The position numbers and the translations under genes are program-made. Below, piece by piece: positions 18,596 through 31,045 of a DNA stretch of 64,000 bases. The stretch lies in assembly GCA_038231275.1 (NCBI GenBank), contig JBBRLQ010000005.1, forward strand, positions 256,001-320,000, given 5' to 3'. The notes under the pieces are model-generated. The model did no database searches. It was not told where the DNA came from and worked only from the letters and a program-made list of their open reading frames with translations. The stretch comes from Polyangiales bacterium. Lineage in GTDB: Bacteria > Myxococcota_A > Polyangia > Polyangiales > Polyangiaceae. How positions within the stretch are numbered: the stretch's first letter is position 1; every line of letters begins with the position of its first letter.

Positions 18596-18979
18596 TCAGG
18601 CTTGGGCGGGTGCTCCGTCGGCGCGCGCGACGGCGCCGACCTCGCCCTTGGCGATCGCCTCTTTGGTGAGCGCCTCGCCGCCGAGCAGCGTCCCGTCGAC
18701 GAACACCTGCGGGAACGTCGGCCAGCCGCTCCACAGCTTGATGGCGAGCCGCTTCTTCCACTCGGAGAAGTAGCTCCCGTACTCGAGGTACGTGAACTTT
18801 ACGTTCGCCGCCTCGAGCGCTTTTCGCACGTTCTTCACGTGCGGATTCTGCGCCATCCCGACCACGACGACGCGATCGCGAGCGACCGCTTCTTGGACCT
18901 GGCGGACCGTCTCGGCGTGAAACTCGGCCAGCTTCAGCGCGGCGGCGGGGGCGATTTTGGGGGCGTTCGGCTGTGTCAT
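18596..18979 (-). CDS. Glutaredoxin-fold protein lacking cysteine
   Basis: SGWPTFPQVFVDGTLLGG (monothiol Grx signature). The active-site position reads GMAQNPH. Confidence 0.8.
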   Translation of the reverse strand: MTQPNAPKIAPAAALKLAEFHAETVRQVQEAVARDRVVVVGMAQNPHVKNVRKALEAANVKFTYLEYGSYFSEWKKRLAIKLWSGWPTFPQVFVDGTLLGGEALTKEAIAKGEVGAVARADGAPAQA

Positions 18980-19115
18980 GCGGCCCTTCGATGCCCCCAA
19001 GGGCGCGCAGGTGTCCCAAAGAAAAGCGGAAAATTGGCCTCATTTGTGCATTGACGGGCGCAAGGACACGCGACGATGATGCGCTCCTCACCCTTTTGGA
19101 GGTCATCAAACCCGC

Positions 19116-20000
19116 ATGTCCATGGGTCGTCCCCGCTTTGATCCGCGCCAGCAACAGCGCCAGTTCCAGATTCGCGTCAACCACCGCATCCGCGTCCCCG
19201 AGGTCCGCGTCATCGACGCCGACGGGTCGATGCTGGGGGTCCTCCAGACGCACGAAGCTCTAAGGAAGGCGCAGGAGCAGGGACTCGACCTCGTCGAGGT
19301 GAACCCCAAGAGCGATCCGCCGGTCTGCAAGATCCTCGATTTTGGCAAATTCAAATACGAGGAAAAGAAGAAGGCCGGCGAGGCGAAGCGCAAGCAGACC
19401 GTCGTCGAGATCAAAGAGATCAAGCTCCGTCCCAAGACGGACGATCACGATCTCGCGTTCAAGGTGAAGGCGGCGCGCCGCTTCCTCGAGGCCGGCCACA
19501 AGGTGAAGTTCACCGTCCGCTTTCGCGGACGCGAGATCACGCACCCCGAGAAGGCGCAGGAGCAGCTCACGTTCGTCATCCACGAGACCGAGGATCTGTC
19601 GAACGTCGAGACCCGCGCGATGATGGAAGCGCGCACGATGACGGTCATGATCGCGCCGAAGCCGGCCATCATGCAGAAGGTGGCGCAGGCGAAGGCCCAG
19701 CGCGAGAAGGAGCGCCAGCAGGCCGAGAAGGAAGGCCGCATCCTCCCGACCGAGGCCGAGTCGATGAGCGACGTCGAGGCGCAAGCGCGCTCCGGCGACG
19801 ACAAGGACGACGACGACGACGACGACGACGAGAAGGACGAGAAGGACGAGAAGGCCGGCGAGAAGGCCGAGAAGGCCGAGAAGGCCGGCGAGAAGACCGA
19901 GAAGGCCGGCGAGAAGACCGAGAAGGCCGGCGAGAAGGCCGAGAAGGCCGGCGAGAAGGCCGAGAAGGCCGGCGAGAAGGCCGAGAAGGGCGCCGAGTAG
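19116..20000 (+). CDS. infC: Translation initiation factor IF-3 with long charged C-terminal extension
   Basis: NHRIRVPEVRVI, LDLVEV, PPVCKILDFGKFKYE, KEIKLRP, FRGRE. Confidence 0.97.
   Translation: MSMGRPRFDPRQQQRQFQIRVNHRIRVPEVRVIDADGSMLGVLQTHEALRKAQEQGLDLVEVNPKSDPPVCKILDFGKFKYEEKKKAGEAKRKQTVVEIKEIKLRPKTDDHDLAFKVKAARRFLEAGHKVKFTVRFRGREITHPEKAQEQLTFVIHETEDLSNVETRAMMEARTMTVMIAPKPAIMQKVAQAKAQREKERQQAEKEGRILPTEAESMSDVEAQARSGDDKDDDDDDDDEKDEKDEKAGEKAEKAEKAGEKTEKAGEKTEKAGEKAEKAGEKAEKAGEKAEKGAE
19806..19989 (+). repeat. Coding tandem repeats in the infC 3' end: (GAC)8 then 9/21-bp GAGAAGGCC(GGC) units
   Basis: Encodes D8-EKDEKD-(EKAGEKA/T)n. Confidence 0.9.
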
Positions 20001-20039
20001 GCTGGAGCTGCTCGTGCTCGAGGGGGGAGGGGAGCGCGC

Positions 20040-22025
20040 GTGAAGGGCACCTTCTGCATCGCCGTGGCGGTCGCCACACTGGCCGCCACGACGACGGCGA
20101 ACGCCTCGCTCACCCCGAGCGAGCAGGCCCAGCTGCGCACCTTCGTCGCGGGTGGGCAGGTCCAAAACGCGCCGCGCGTCCGCGCGATGGCGGCGCGCAC
20201 GGATCTCACCGCCGACGAGTCGGCGCAGTCTCTCAAAGAGGCGATGGCCCCCGTCACGTTCGACGAGGCCCACGTGGTCTTCGTCCGCGACATGCTGTTC
20301 GGCGGCGCGTCGGCGGCGTCGCGACCGGTCCTCGTCCCGGCGGTCACGCGCGCGCTCGTCGCCCGCGCCGACGCCGTGCTGTCGAAGTTCGCGAGCGACC
20401 TCGATCAGAACACGAAGGCCATCGACGAGCTCATGCGCATCTACCGGTTCCTCGCCGCAGACGTCGCGGGCGCCGGGCAGCCGAAGGGGAACGCGCACGA
20501 TCCGCAGATGGGCATTCCCAACGCGGCGTACGACGAGTGCACCAAAGCGCTCGCGCGGCACATCGAGCAGAATCCGCGATGGCTGAAGGGGGACGCGCAG
20601 ATCCCTGGCGGCGTCGTGCGGGTACGCGCGCAGCTCCAACTCGCGCTCGCCCGCATGATGAACGACACGCTCACGCGCAAAGTCGACGCCGCGGATCGGC
20701 TGGCGCTCGTCGGCGCACGGAGGAAGTTCTTCGTCGAGACAGGCACCCTGCTCGTCGACTCCGGTCGCGCGGACGACGGGCGCGTCTTGCGCGCGCGCGG
20801 CCTCGTCGATCGGCTCCTGTTCGCCAAATCGGGCGTCGCCGCGATCGTCTTCGGCGACGACGCACCGCGCCTCGAAGCGCGCGGCGCCGTGCTCGGCGTG
20901 AAGACCCCACTCGAAGGCACCGGCACCGCCGCGCCGTGGCCCTTCTCCGAAGAGGTCGAGCCTGGCCCCGCCGACGCACCGACCCTCGAGATCGCGCGCG
21001 ATCTGGGGACGATCGCCGCGCGCCGCGCCCTCGAGAACCGGCCGGATCTCCGCGTCGTCGCCGAGCGCGATCTGAAGGCGACCGCATCGCAGCCGTACGG
21101 TCGCCCCGACGGGACCACGACGGAAGCCGGGCTCGCCGCTGCGCTCGAAATGCTCCTCACCGACGCGCCGCGCGCGTTGGATCTCGCGTTCGTGCGCTTC
21201 CTCGCGAACAAGCCGGAGTCGGCGGCGGTGATGAGCGACGCGCTCGGCGTCCTCGCGACGTTCGCGACGCCCGATCCCGAGAAGAAGACGCTGGCGCTCA
21301 CGCTGGGTCGCCCGCGCGGCGTGGACGGGACGCTCGCGCCGGTGGAGCTGACGAGCGTGCGCCTCGCGCCGAGCGGCGCAGTCATCGGCTTCACGCTCGA
21401 CGGTCGCGCGTGGACCATCGCGCGCGACGCAGGACCGGTCACCGCGATCCGCCGCGACCTCATCCCCCTCAACATGAGCTTCCTCGGGCAGGCGCGCGTG
21501 CCCACGCTGGAGGCGACGAGCTGGACGATCCCCGGCCTCGTGCTCGCGCGCATGCACGGCACTCCAAAGGCCGGCCTCGCGCCAGGCCCCAAGCTCCGCA
21601 TGGTCGGCGCCGGTGAGCTCGGGTACGACGCGATCGCGACGCTCGCTCCCGCCGACAACGTCGTCGCCGAGGGCGACTTGACCGTGACCGGACAGGTCGG
21701 CGGCGTCGCGCTTCGGGCGGCCGGCAACAAGGACGGCTTCCGCGGCGCCGCGCTGATGATCACCCCGTGGCCGTCGCCGCGCATCGCGCTCGTCCTCCGC
21801 GAAGAAGATGGCTTCGAGTCCTTCCTCGCCGCCCCGCGCGACGTGCCGGAGGTCGGGACCGTTCACTTTCGGCTCTCGGTGAAGGGCACCAAGGTGGAAG
21901 CAAAGGTTGGCGACACGATCCTCAAGGGAACGATCCCCGCGTCGATCGCGCATGGCGACGTCGCGGTCTTCGCGCGAAAGGGCGCAATCGTCGATGTCGC
22001 CGGCCTCCGCGTCACCCGGCTGTAG
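20040..22025 (+). CDS. Secreted hypothetical protein, possible C-terminal ConA-like beta-sandwich
   Basis: Signal peptide ending ANA, long ORF with typical codon bias, beta-rich C-terminus. Confidence 0.65.
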   Translation: MKGTFCIAVAVATLAATTTANASLTPSEQAQLRTFVAGGQVQNAPRVRAMAARTDLTADESAQSLKEAMAPVTFDEAHVVFVRDMLFGGASAASRPVLVPAVTRALVARADAVLSKFASDLDQNTKAIDELMRIYRFLAADVAGAGQPKGNAHDPQMGIPNAAYDECTKALARHIEQNPRWLKGDAQIPGGVVRVRAQLQLALARMMNDTLTRKVDAADRLALVGARRKFFVETGTLLVDSGRADDGRVLRARGLVDRLLFAKSGVAAIVFGDDAPRLEARGAVLGVKTPLEGTGTAAPWPFSEEVEPGPADAPTLEIARDLGTIAARRALENRPDLRVVAERDLKATASQPYGRPDGTTTEAGLAAALEMLLTDAPRALDLAFVRFLANKPESAAVMSDALGVLATFATPDPEKKTLALTLGRPRGVDGTLAPVELTSVRLAPSGAVIGFTLDGRAWTIARDAGPVTAIRRDLIPLNMSFLGQARVPTLEATSWTIPGLVLARMHGTPKAGLAPGPKLRMVGAGELGYDAIATLAPADNVVAEGDLTVTGQVGGVALRAAGNKDGFRGAALMITPWPSPRIALVLREEDGFESFLAAPRDVPEVGTVHFRLSVKGTKVEAKVGDTILKGTIPASIAHGDVAVFARKGAIVDVAGLRVTRL

Positions 22026-22066
22026 AGCAACCGTCCGTTGAAGAGAACGGTTGCTCTACCCTTCTT
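22022..22066 (+). terminator. Hairpin, probable intrinsic terminator
   Basis: Perfect 13-bp inverted repeat GTAGAGCAACCGT/ACGGTTGCTCTAC overlapping the stop codon, followed by CCTTCTT. Confidence 0.55.
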
Positions 22067-22111
22067 GCGGGTCGCGCGGGTTTGCAATTGCCGAGGATCT
22101 TTGCCAAGAAC

Positions 22112-22531
22112 ATGAGCGTGGATCCCGAAACCGCCCAGAAAGTCCGAATCCTCGTCGCCAAGCCTGGTCTCGACGGCCACGATCGCGGCGCGAAGGTCGT
22201 CGCGCGTGCCCTCCGCGACGCAGGGTTCGAGGTCGTCTACACGGGGCTCCACCAGACGCCGGAGATGATCGCGAACGCCGCGGTCCAGGAGGACGTCGAC
22301 GGCGTGGGCCTCTCGATCATGAGCGGCGCGCACAATACGCTCTTCCCCGCCGTCATCGAGGCGCTGCGCGCGAAGGGCGCGACCGACGTTGTCATCTTCG
22401 GCGGCGGCATCATCCCCGAGTCCGATCTCGAGCGCCTGCGCGCGAGCGGCGTCCAGGGCGTGTTCACGCCGGGCACGACGCTCGAGACGATCATCGACTG
22501 GGTGAAGACGAACGTGAAGCCGCGGGCCTGA
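22112..22531 (+). CDS. Cobalamin-binding small subunit of an acyl-CoA (methylmalonyl-CoA-type) mutase
   Basis: [38 protein letters not shown]. Confidence 0.93.
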   Translation: MSVDPETAQKVRILVAKPGLDGHDRGAKVVARALRDAGFEVVYTGLHQTPEMIANAAVQEDVDGVGLSIMSGAHNTLFPAVIEALRAKGATDVVIFGGGIIPESDLERLRASGVQGVFTPGTTLETIIDWVKTNVKPRA

Positions 22532-22559
22532 GCTCGGCCCCCGCGGCGATCGAGGGACC

Positions 22560-23171
22560 GTGCTCTACCGCCTCGACGACCTCGCCGCAAAACGCCGCGC
22601 GCGTGTGGTGGCGGCGATCGGGACGGCGCAGGCCCTCTCGCCGGCGGTGCTCGTCGTCGTCCTCGTTCACAAGCTCGGCTACGTGACCGGCGCGCTCGCC
22701 ACCGCCGGCAGCGCGGCCCTCGTCGCGCTCGCGCTCGTGCGCGGCGTGGCCGAGTACATGCGGGTCGCGCCTCGCCTCGCGCGCTTCGTGGCGGAGGCCG
22801 ACGACACGGGTCTGCGCGTCACGTTCTCCGGCGGAGATGTCGACCTAGGTTGGCCGGAGATCGCGCGGGTCACCGAGATCCCCGGCCGCCTTGGCGGGCT
22901 CCGCGTCGAGACCACCGACCGCGGGCGCTTCGATCTGCCGCGGGGCGGCGACGCGTTCGGCGAGCTCCGCGCCGCCATCGACGCGCGCGTGAAGGTGGCG
23001 CCCGCCCCGCGCCGCAGCCGCCGTGTCCGCGTAGCGCTGGGAGTCCTCGTCGTCCTCGCGATCTTCTTCGTCCCCTTCGCGCTCGACGATGTCATGGGCC
23101 GCTCGCGCGTGGCGGCGATCGCGATCGTCGGCGCGGTGTGGCTCGGGCTGCTGGTGCTCCGCCGCCGCTGA
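22560..23171 (+). CDS. Membrane protein with four TM segments
   Basis: Two hydrophobic pairs flanking a PH-like soluble segment. Confidence 0.6.
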   Translation: MLYRLDDLAAKRRARVVAAIGTAQALSPAVLVVVLVHKLGYVTGALATAGSAALVALALVRGVAEYMRVAPRLARFVAEADDTGLRVTFSGGDVDLGWPEIARVTEIPGRLGGLRVETTDRGRFDLPRGGDAFGELRAAIDARVKVAPAPRRSRRVRVALGVLVVLAIFFVPFALDDVMGRSRVAAIAIVGAVWLGLLVLRRR

Positions 23172-23258
23172 GACGCCGACACGGCCGTACACGTCTCGCC
23201 GTCCTCTAGTAAGAACGAGCTTCGTCGCGCATCGGGGCTGCGGCACACTGGTGGACCG

Positions 23259-26147
<2,889 letters not shown>

Positions 26148-26155
26148 GCCCGCAC

Positions 26156-27262
26156 ATGACCCAGCCCGAGACCACGACCGAGAGCCCGATCGCCCGCTTT
26201 TTCCGGATGATGAAGGAGTGGGGCGCCAGCGACATGCACTTGTCGGTGGGTCGCCCGCCGATGTTCCGCGTCAACGGCAAGCTCGACGCGATCCGCTACC
26301 GCACGCTCAGTGACGGCGATTTCCGCGCGCTGGTCGAGCCCATCACCCCGCCGCACGTGTGGTCGCTCTTCGAGCAGACCGGCGACGTCGACTTCGCCTT
26401 CGAGCAGCCCGGCGTGGCGCGCTTCAGGGTGAACCTGTTCCGGCAGGAGCGCGGCATGGGCGGCGTCTTCCGCAACCTCGCCAACAACCTGGTGTCGCTC
26501 ACGAAGCTGAACCTCCCCGAGTCGATCGAGAAGGTCGTGAACATGCGCTCGGGGCTCGTCGTCGTCACCGGGCCGACCGGCTCCGGAAAGTCGACCACGC
26601 TCGCGGCCATCGTCGCCGAGATCAATGCGCGCCGGGCGATGCACATCATCACCGTCGAGGATCCGATCGAGTTCGTGCACGCCAACAAGAAGTCGCTGAT
26701 CTCGCAGCGAGAGTTGTCGGCGCACACGGAGTCTTTCGCGTCTGCGCTCATGGCGGCCGCGCGCGAGAACCCCGACGCCATCCTGGTCGGCGAGATGCGC
26801 GATCTCGAGACGATCCGTCTGGCGCTCAACGCCGCGGAGACCGGCGTGCTCGTCTTCGGCACACTCCACACGAACTCTGCGGCAAAGTCCGTCGATCGCC
26901 TCATCGGCGTTTTCCCCACCGACGAGCAGGCCGGCGTCCGCATCTCGCTCGCCAACGTGCTCCGCGCCATCGTCGCGCAGCAGCTGGTTCCCAAGAAGAC
27001 CGGCGGTCGCGTCGCCGCCGTGGAGGTGCTGTTCGCGAACCAGGCGTTGGTCTCGATGATCCGCGAGGGCAAGACGTTCCAGATCCCCGGCGTCATCGCC
27101 GGCGGCAAGGCCGAAGGGATGATCGGCATGGACGAGACGCTCCGGTCGCTCGTGGAGCAGGACGTCGTCGACGGGCTCGACGCGCTGGAGAAGGCGATCG
27201 AGAAGGACGCATTCCGTGATTGGCTGAGGGGGAAGGGCGCGGCCCTGCCCGAAGATGCATGA
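26156..27262 (+). CDS. PilT/PilU-family type IV pilus-type ATPase paralog
   Basis: GASDMH, GPTGSGKSTT, EDPIEF, RENPDAILVGEMRD, GTLHT, SMIREGK. Confidence 0.92.
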   Translation: MTQPETTTESPIARFFRMMKEWGASDMHLSVGRPPMFRVNGKLDAIRYRTLSDGDFRALVEPITPPHVWSLFEQTGDVDFAFEQPGVARFRVNLFRQERGMGGVFRNLANNLVSLTKLNLPESIEKVVNMRSGLVVVTGPTGSGKSTTLAAIVAEINARRAMHIITVEDPIEFVHANKKSLISQRELSAHTESFASALMAAARENPDAILVGEMRDLETIRLALNAAETGVLVFGTLHTNSAAKSVDRLIGVFPTDEQAGVRISLANVLRAIVAQQLVPKKTGGRVAAVEVLFANQALVSMIREGKTFQIPGVIAGGKAEGMIGMDETLRSLVEQDVVDGLDALEKAIEKDAFRDWLRGKGAALPEDA

Positions 27263-27439
27263 GCCGCGGCCGATCAAGATCGCAAACGTACGTCGCGAGC
27301 CATCGCGCGGGCGCCGCCAAATAGACCTCGCCTCGCGACGCGCACACTAGAGGAGGAGTTGGACCGTCCCGGGACACCCCGAGATCGTCCCGGACGCCCT
27401 CACCAACGACGAAAGCCCATAAAATAAGCGACTTCGTGA

Positions 27440-27455
27440 CGGCACGGCCTTCGCT
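27440..27455 (+). promoter_or_regulatory. Putative sigma-54 promoter
   Basis: CGGCACGGCCTTCGCT gives GG-N10-GC, after an AT-rich tract and before an AGGAGG RBS. Confidence 0.55.
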
Positions 27456-27479
27456 CTAGCGCGCGGCAGGAGGTGCATC

Positions 27480-28568
27480 ATGAAGGTCGTACAACCCAAG
27501 CTCGCCCTGTCGCTCGTCGCCGTCGTCGCGGTCACCGTCGCTGCCTGTGGCTCGCAGTCACCCGATCACTCGTCCTCGCCATCCGGCGCCCAGGGCCCGA
27601 GCCCGGTCACCGCCGACGAGGTGGAGATCGTGCAGGGCATCCCCGATCGCGATCGAGACCCCGCGGTCGTCGCCATCGACATCGCGGACAGCGCGCTTTG
27701 CACGGGATCGCTCGTCGCGCCGAACGTCGTCCTCACGGCGCGCCACTGCGTCGCGCGCACCGTCGAGCGGATCGAATGCCCCGCGTCCTCGCCGCAGGTC
27801 GGCGAGCAGCGGCGCGCCGACTCGCTCCATATCCTCGTGGGCGACGACGCCCAAGTCGCGCGCGAGGTGGCGCGGGGCAAGGCCATCGTGACGCCCAAGG
27901 GCTGGTCGCTCTGCGACGCGGACATCGCGTTCATCGTCCTCGATCGGGACGTCGCGGGTATCGATCCGTTGCCCATCCGCCGTCACGGTGTCGCCGCCGG
28001 CGATCACGTCCGCGCGATCGGCTACGGCCGCGCTGGAGATGGCCAGACCGCGGGCGCGAAGCTCTTGCGTGACCACGTGAAGGTCCTCGACACGTCGGCC
28101 GACGAGTTCATCGTCGGCGAGGCGACGTGCCAAGGCGACTCCGGAGGACCGGCGATCGACGAGTCGACCGACGAAATCGTCGGCGTCGTCTCGCGCGGCG
28201 GACCGACGTGTGACGGCGCCGGCGTGCACAACGTCTACACGCGCGCGGACGTCTACCTCTCGCTGTTCCAGGAGGCGTTGCGCGAAGCCGCGGCCGGTGG
28301 CGATCCCGGCGGCGGCGACGACGGCGACGCGGGGACCCACGTGAAGGACGCCGGGCACAAGGCGAAGGACGCCGGGGGCCACCCCAAGACGCCGCCGAGT
28401 GACATGGGCGGCGCATGCACGGGCGGCCGCGATTGCTCGACGGGCATCTGCGTCAAGGACGGGCAAAAAGAGTACTGCTCGCGCGCGTGCGGCAACGGCG
28501 ATCGCTGCCCGACCCACTACGGCTGTCAGAAGGCCTCGAGCGGTGCGATGGTGTGCGTCGAAAAATAG
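27480..28568 (+). CDS. Trypsin-like (S1) serine protease lipoprotein with Cys-rich C-terminal domain
   Basis: Lipobox VAAC, triad TARHC / DIA / GDSGGP. Confidence 0.93.
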   Translation: MKVVQPKLALSLVAVVAVTVAACGSQSPDHSSSPSGAQGPSPVTADEVEIVQGIPDRDRDPAVVAIDIADSALCTGSLVAPNVVLTARHCVARTVERIECPASSPQVGEQRRADSLHILVGDDAQVAREVARGKAIVTPKGWSLCDADIAFIVLDRDVAGIDPLPIRRHGVAAGDHVRAIGYGRAGDGQTAGAKLLRDHVKVLDTSADEFIVGEATCQGDSGGPAIDESTDEIVGVVSRGGPTCDGAGVHNVYTRADVYLSLFQEALREAAAGGDPGGGDDGDAGTHVKDAGHKAKDAGGHPKTPPSDMGGACTGGRDCSTGICVKDGQKEYCSRACGNGDRCPTHYGCQKASSGAMVCVEK

Positions 28569-28640
28569 GGCCGCGAAAAAATAGGCCATAAGTGTCGGTT
28601 GACCCTCCCGGCCATGGGGGCCTAGAAACTCAGGGCCCCC

Positions 28641-29789
28641 ATGGACTTCTCCCACTCCGAGCACCACGACCTCCTCCGCAAATCCGTCCGCGATTTCGCG
28701 CGCGCGGAGGTCGCCCCCCACGCCCGCAAGTGGGACGAAGAGGAGCGCTTTCCGAAGGAGCTCGTCCCTAAGCTGGCCGCGCTCGGCCTCCTCGGGATCC
28801 GCATCCCCGAGGAGTACGGCGGCTCGGGGATGGACACGACGAGCTACGCGATCTGCGTGGAAGAGATCGCGAAGATCGACGGCTCCCTTGCGCTGACCGT
28901 CGCCTCCCACAACGGCCTTGGCACCGGTCACATCCTGAGCTTCGGCAGCGACGCGCAGAAGAAGAAGTACTTGCCGAAGGCCGCGACGGGGGAGTGGCTC
29001 GCCGCGTGGGCGCTGACCGAGCCGGGCAGCGGCAGCGATGCGGCCGGTCTCCTCACGACGGCGCGCCGCGACGGCGACGACTGGATCATCAACGGCACGA
29101 AGATGTTCATCACACAGGGGAGCGTGGGCGGTTTCTGCGTCGTCCTCGCGCGCACGAACCCCGACGTCGCCAAGCAAAGGGGCATCACCGCCTTCGTCGT
29201 CGAGCACGGAACGAAAGGGTTCTCCGCGTCCAAACACCTCGAGAAGCTTGGCTGCCGTTCGAGCGACACGTGCGAGCTCACGTTCGACGAGGTGAGGGTC
29301 TCCGACGCGCAGCGCATCGGCGAGGTCGATCGCGGCTTCATCGACACGATGCAGATCCTCGATCGCGGGCGCATCTCGATCGCCGCGATGGCCCTCGGCC
29401 TGGGCAACGGCGCGCTCGACATGGCGGTCACCTACGCGAAGGACCGGAAGCAGTTCGGCAAGCCGATCGCCGAATTCCAAGCCATCCAGTGGATGCTCGC
29501 CGACTCGAAGACCGAGCTCGACGCAGCGTCCCTGCTCACGTACCGCGCGGCGTGGCTTGCTGATGAGGGGCGCCGGTACGGGCAAGAGGCGTCGATGGCG
29601 AAGCTCTACGCGAGCGAGGCGGCGTCGCGCGCGATCAACCGGTCGCTGCAGGTGCACGGCGGCTATGGCTACACGCGCGAGTTCGCAGTGGAGCGCCACC
29701 TCCGGGACGCGAAGATCTGCGAGATCGGCGAAGGGACGAGCGAGGTTCAGCGGATCGTCATCGCGAAGGGCCTCCTTCACGCGACGTGA
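28641..29789 (+). CDS. Acyl-CoA dehydrogenase
   Basis: ALTEPGSGSDA, NGTKMFITQG, RKQFGKPI, QVHGGYGY, IGEGTSEVQR. Confidence 0.95.
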   Translation: MDFSHSEHHDLLRKSVRDFARAEVAPHARKWDEEERFPKELVPKLAALGLLGIRIPEEYGGSGMDTTSYAICVEEIAKIDGSLALTVASHNGLGTGHILSFGSDAQKKKYLPKAATGEWLAAWALTEPGSGSDAAGLLTTARRDGDDWIINGTKMFITQGSVGGFCVVLARTNPDVAKQRGITAFVVEHGTKGFSASKHLEKLGCRSSDTCELTFDEVRVSDAQRIGEVDRGFIDTMQILDRGRISIAAMALGLGNGALDMAVTYAKDRKQFGKPIAEFQAIQWMLADSKTELDAASLLTYRAAWLADEGRRYGQEASMAKLYASEAASRAINRSLQVHGGYGYTREFAVERHLRDAKICEIGEGTSEVQRIVIAKGLLHAT

Positions 29790-29793
29790 AATC

Positions 29794-31032
29794 ATGAAGA
29801 GCGTCCAAGAGGCCCTCGATCTCATGATGCCGGCGTTCGCACCGCTGGGGACCGAGCGACTCGCGCTCGCCGACGCGCTGGGGCGCCACCTCGGGGAGGA
29901 CGCGGCGGCGCGGCATGATCTGCCACCGTTCGCGAACAGCAGCATGGACGGCTACGCGGTGCGCGCGCGCGACACGGATGGCGCCACCGAAGCCACGCCG
30001 CGCACGCTCGCCGTCATCGGCGAGTCGCGCACCGGAGGCCCGCCGCCTCCCCCGCTCGCCGAGGGAGCCGCGATGCGCATCTTCACGGGCGCCGTCTTGC
30101 CGGAGGGTGCGGACGCGATCGTCATCCAGGAGAACACGACCAGAGAGGGCGCGAGCATCGCGATTCGAAAGGCCGCGATGCCCGCCGACTGGGTACGCCC
30201 GCGCGCCGGCGATCTCGCGCTCGGCGCCACGATGCTCGCGCGCGGCGCGCACCTCGGGCCCGGCGAGATCGGCATCCTCGCGGCGCAAGGCATCGCCGCC
30301 GTCAGCGCGTACTGCCGGCCGCGCGTCGCGATCCTCTCCACCGGCGACGAGCTCCGCGATCTTCACGACCCGGTCGTACCCGGGTCGATCGTGAACTCCA
30401 ACGCCTACGCTCTGGCCGCGCAGGTCCGCGACGCCGGGTGCGAGCCCATCGTGCTCCCCAACGTTCCCGACGATATGGACGCGACGCTCGCGGCGCTCCG
30501 CGCGGGGCTGACGGCCGATGTCCTCCTCACGATCGGCGGCGTGTCGGTCGGCGACTACGATCTCGTCAAGGATGCCTTCGCGACCCTAGGGATCGAGGCC
30601 GGGTTCTGGAAGGTGCGCATCAAGCCTGGCAAGCCGCTCATCTTCGGACGCCGCGGCGCGACGCCGGTGGTCGGGTTGCCGGGCAATCCGATGAGCGCGA
30701 TGGTGACGTTCGAGGCGCTCGTCCGACCTGGGCTCCGGGCGATGCTCGGGGATCCGCGCCCGTTTCGCGTCCGGCACGCGCTGCCGCTCGCCGCGGCGTA
30801 CCGCCACCACGCAGGCCGCCTCGAGCTGGTCCGCGCGAAGGTCACCGTCGACGGCGGCCGCCTCGTCGCCGCGCCGCTGCGCCATCAGGACTCCGGCTCC
30901 CTCCCGTCGTGGGTGGGCGTCGACGCGTTGCTCCTCCTCGCCGAGGATCGGACGACGTACGACGCGGGCGAGCTCGTCCCCGCACTGTTCGTTCGCGATG
31001 GCACCGGGAGCGCCGTCTCTCCGTTCGCCTGA
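29794..31032 (+). CDS. moeA: Molybdopterin molybdotransferase
   Basis: PPFANSSMDGYA, IFTGA, STGDEL, GGVSVGDYD, KPGKP, LPGNP. Confidence 0.95.
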   Translation: MKSVQEALDLMMPAFAPLGTERLALADALGRHLGEDAAARHDLPPFANSSMDGYAVRARDTDGATEATPRTLAVIGESRTGGPPPPPLAEGAAMRIFTGAVLPEGADAIVIQENTTREGASIAIRKAAMPADWVRPRAGDLALGATMLARGAHLGPGEIGILAAQGIAAVSAYCRPRVAILSTGDELRDLHDPVVPGSIVNSNAYALAAQVRDAGCEPIVLPNVPDDMDATLAALRAGLTADVLLTIGGVSVGDYDLVKDAFATLGIEAGFWKVRIKPGKPLIFGRRGATPVVGLPGNPMSAMVTFEALVRPGLRAMLGDPRPFRVRHALPLAAAYRHHAGRLELVRAKVTVDGGRLVAAPLRHQDSGSLPSWVGVDALLLLAEDRTTYDAGELVPALFVRDGTGSAVSPFA

Positions 31033-31045
31033 GAGGGCCTTCGGA

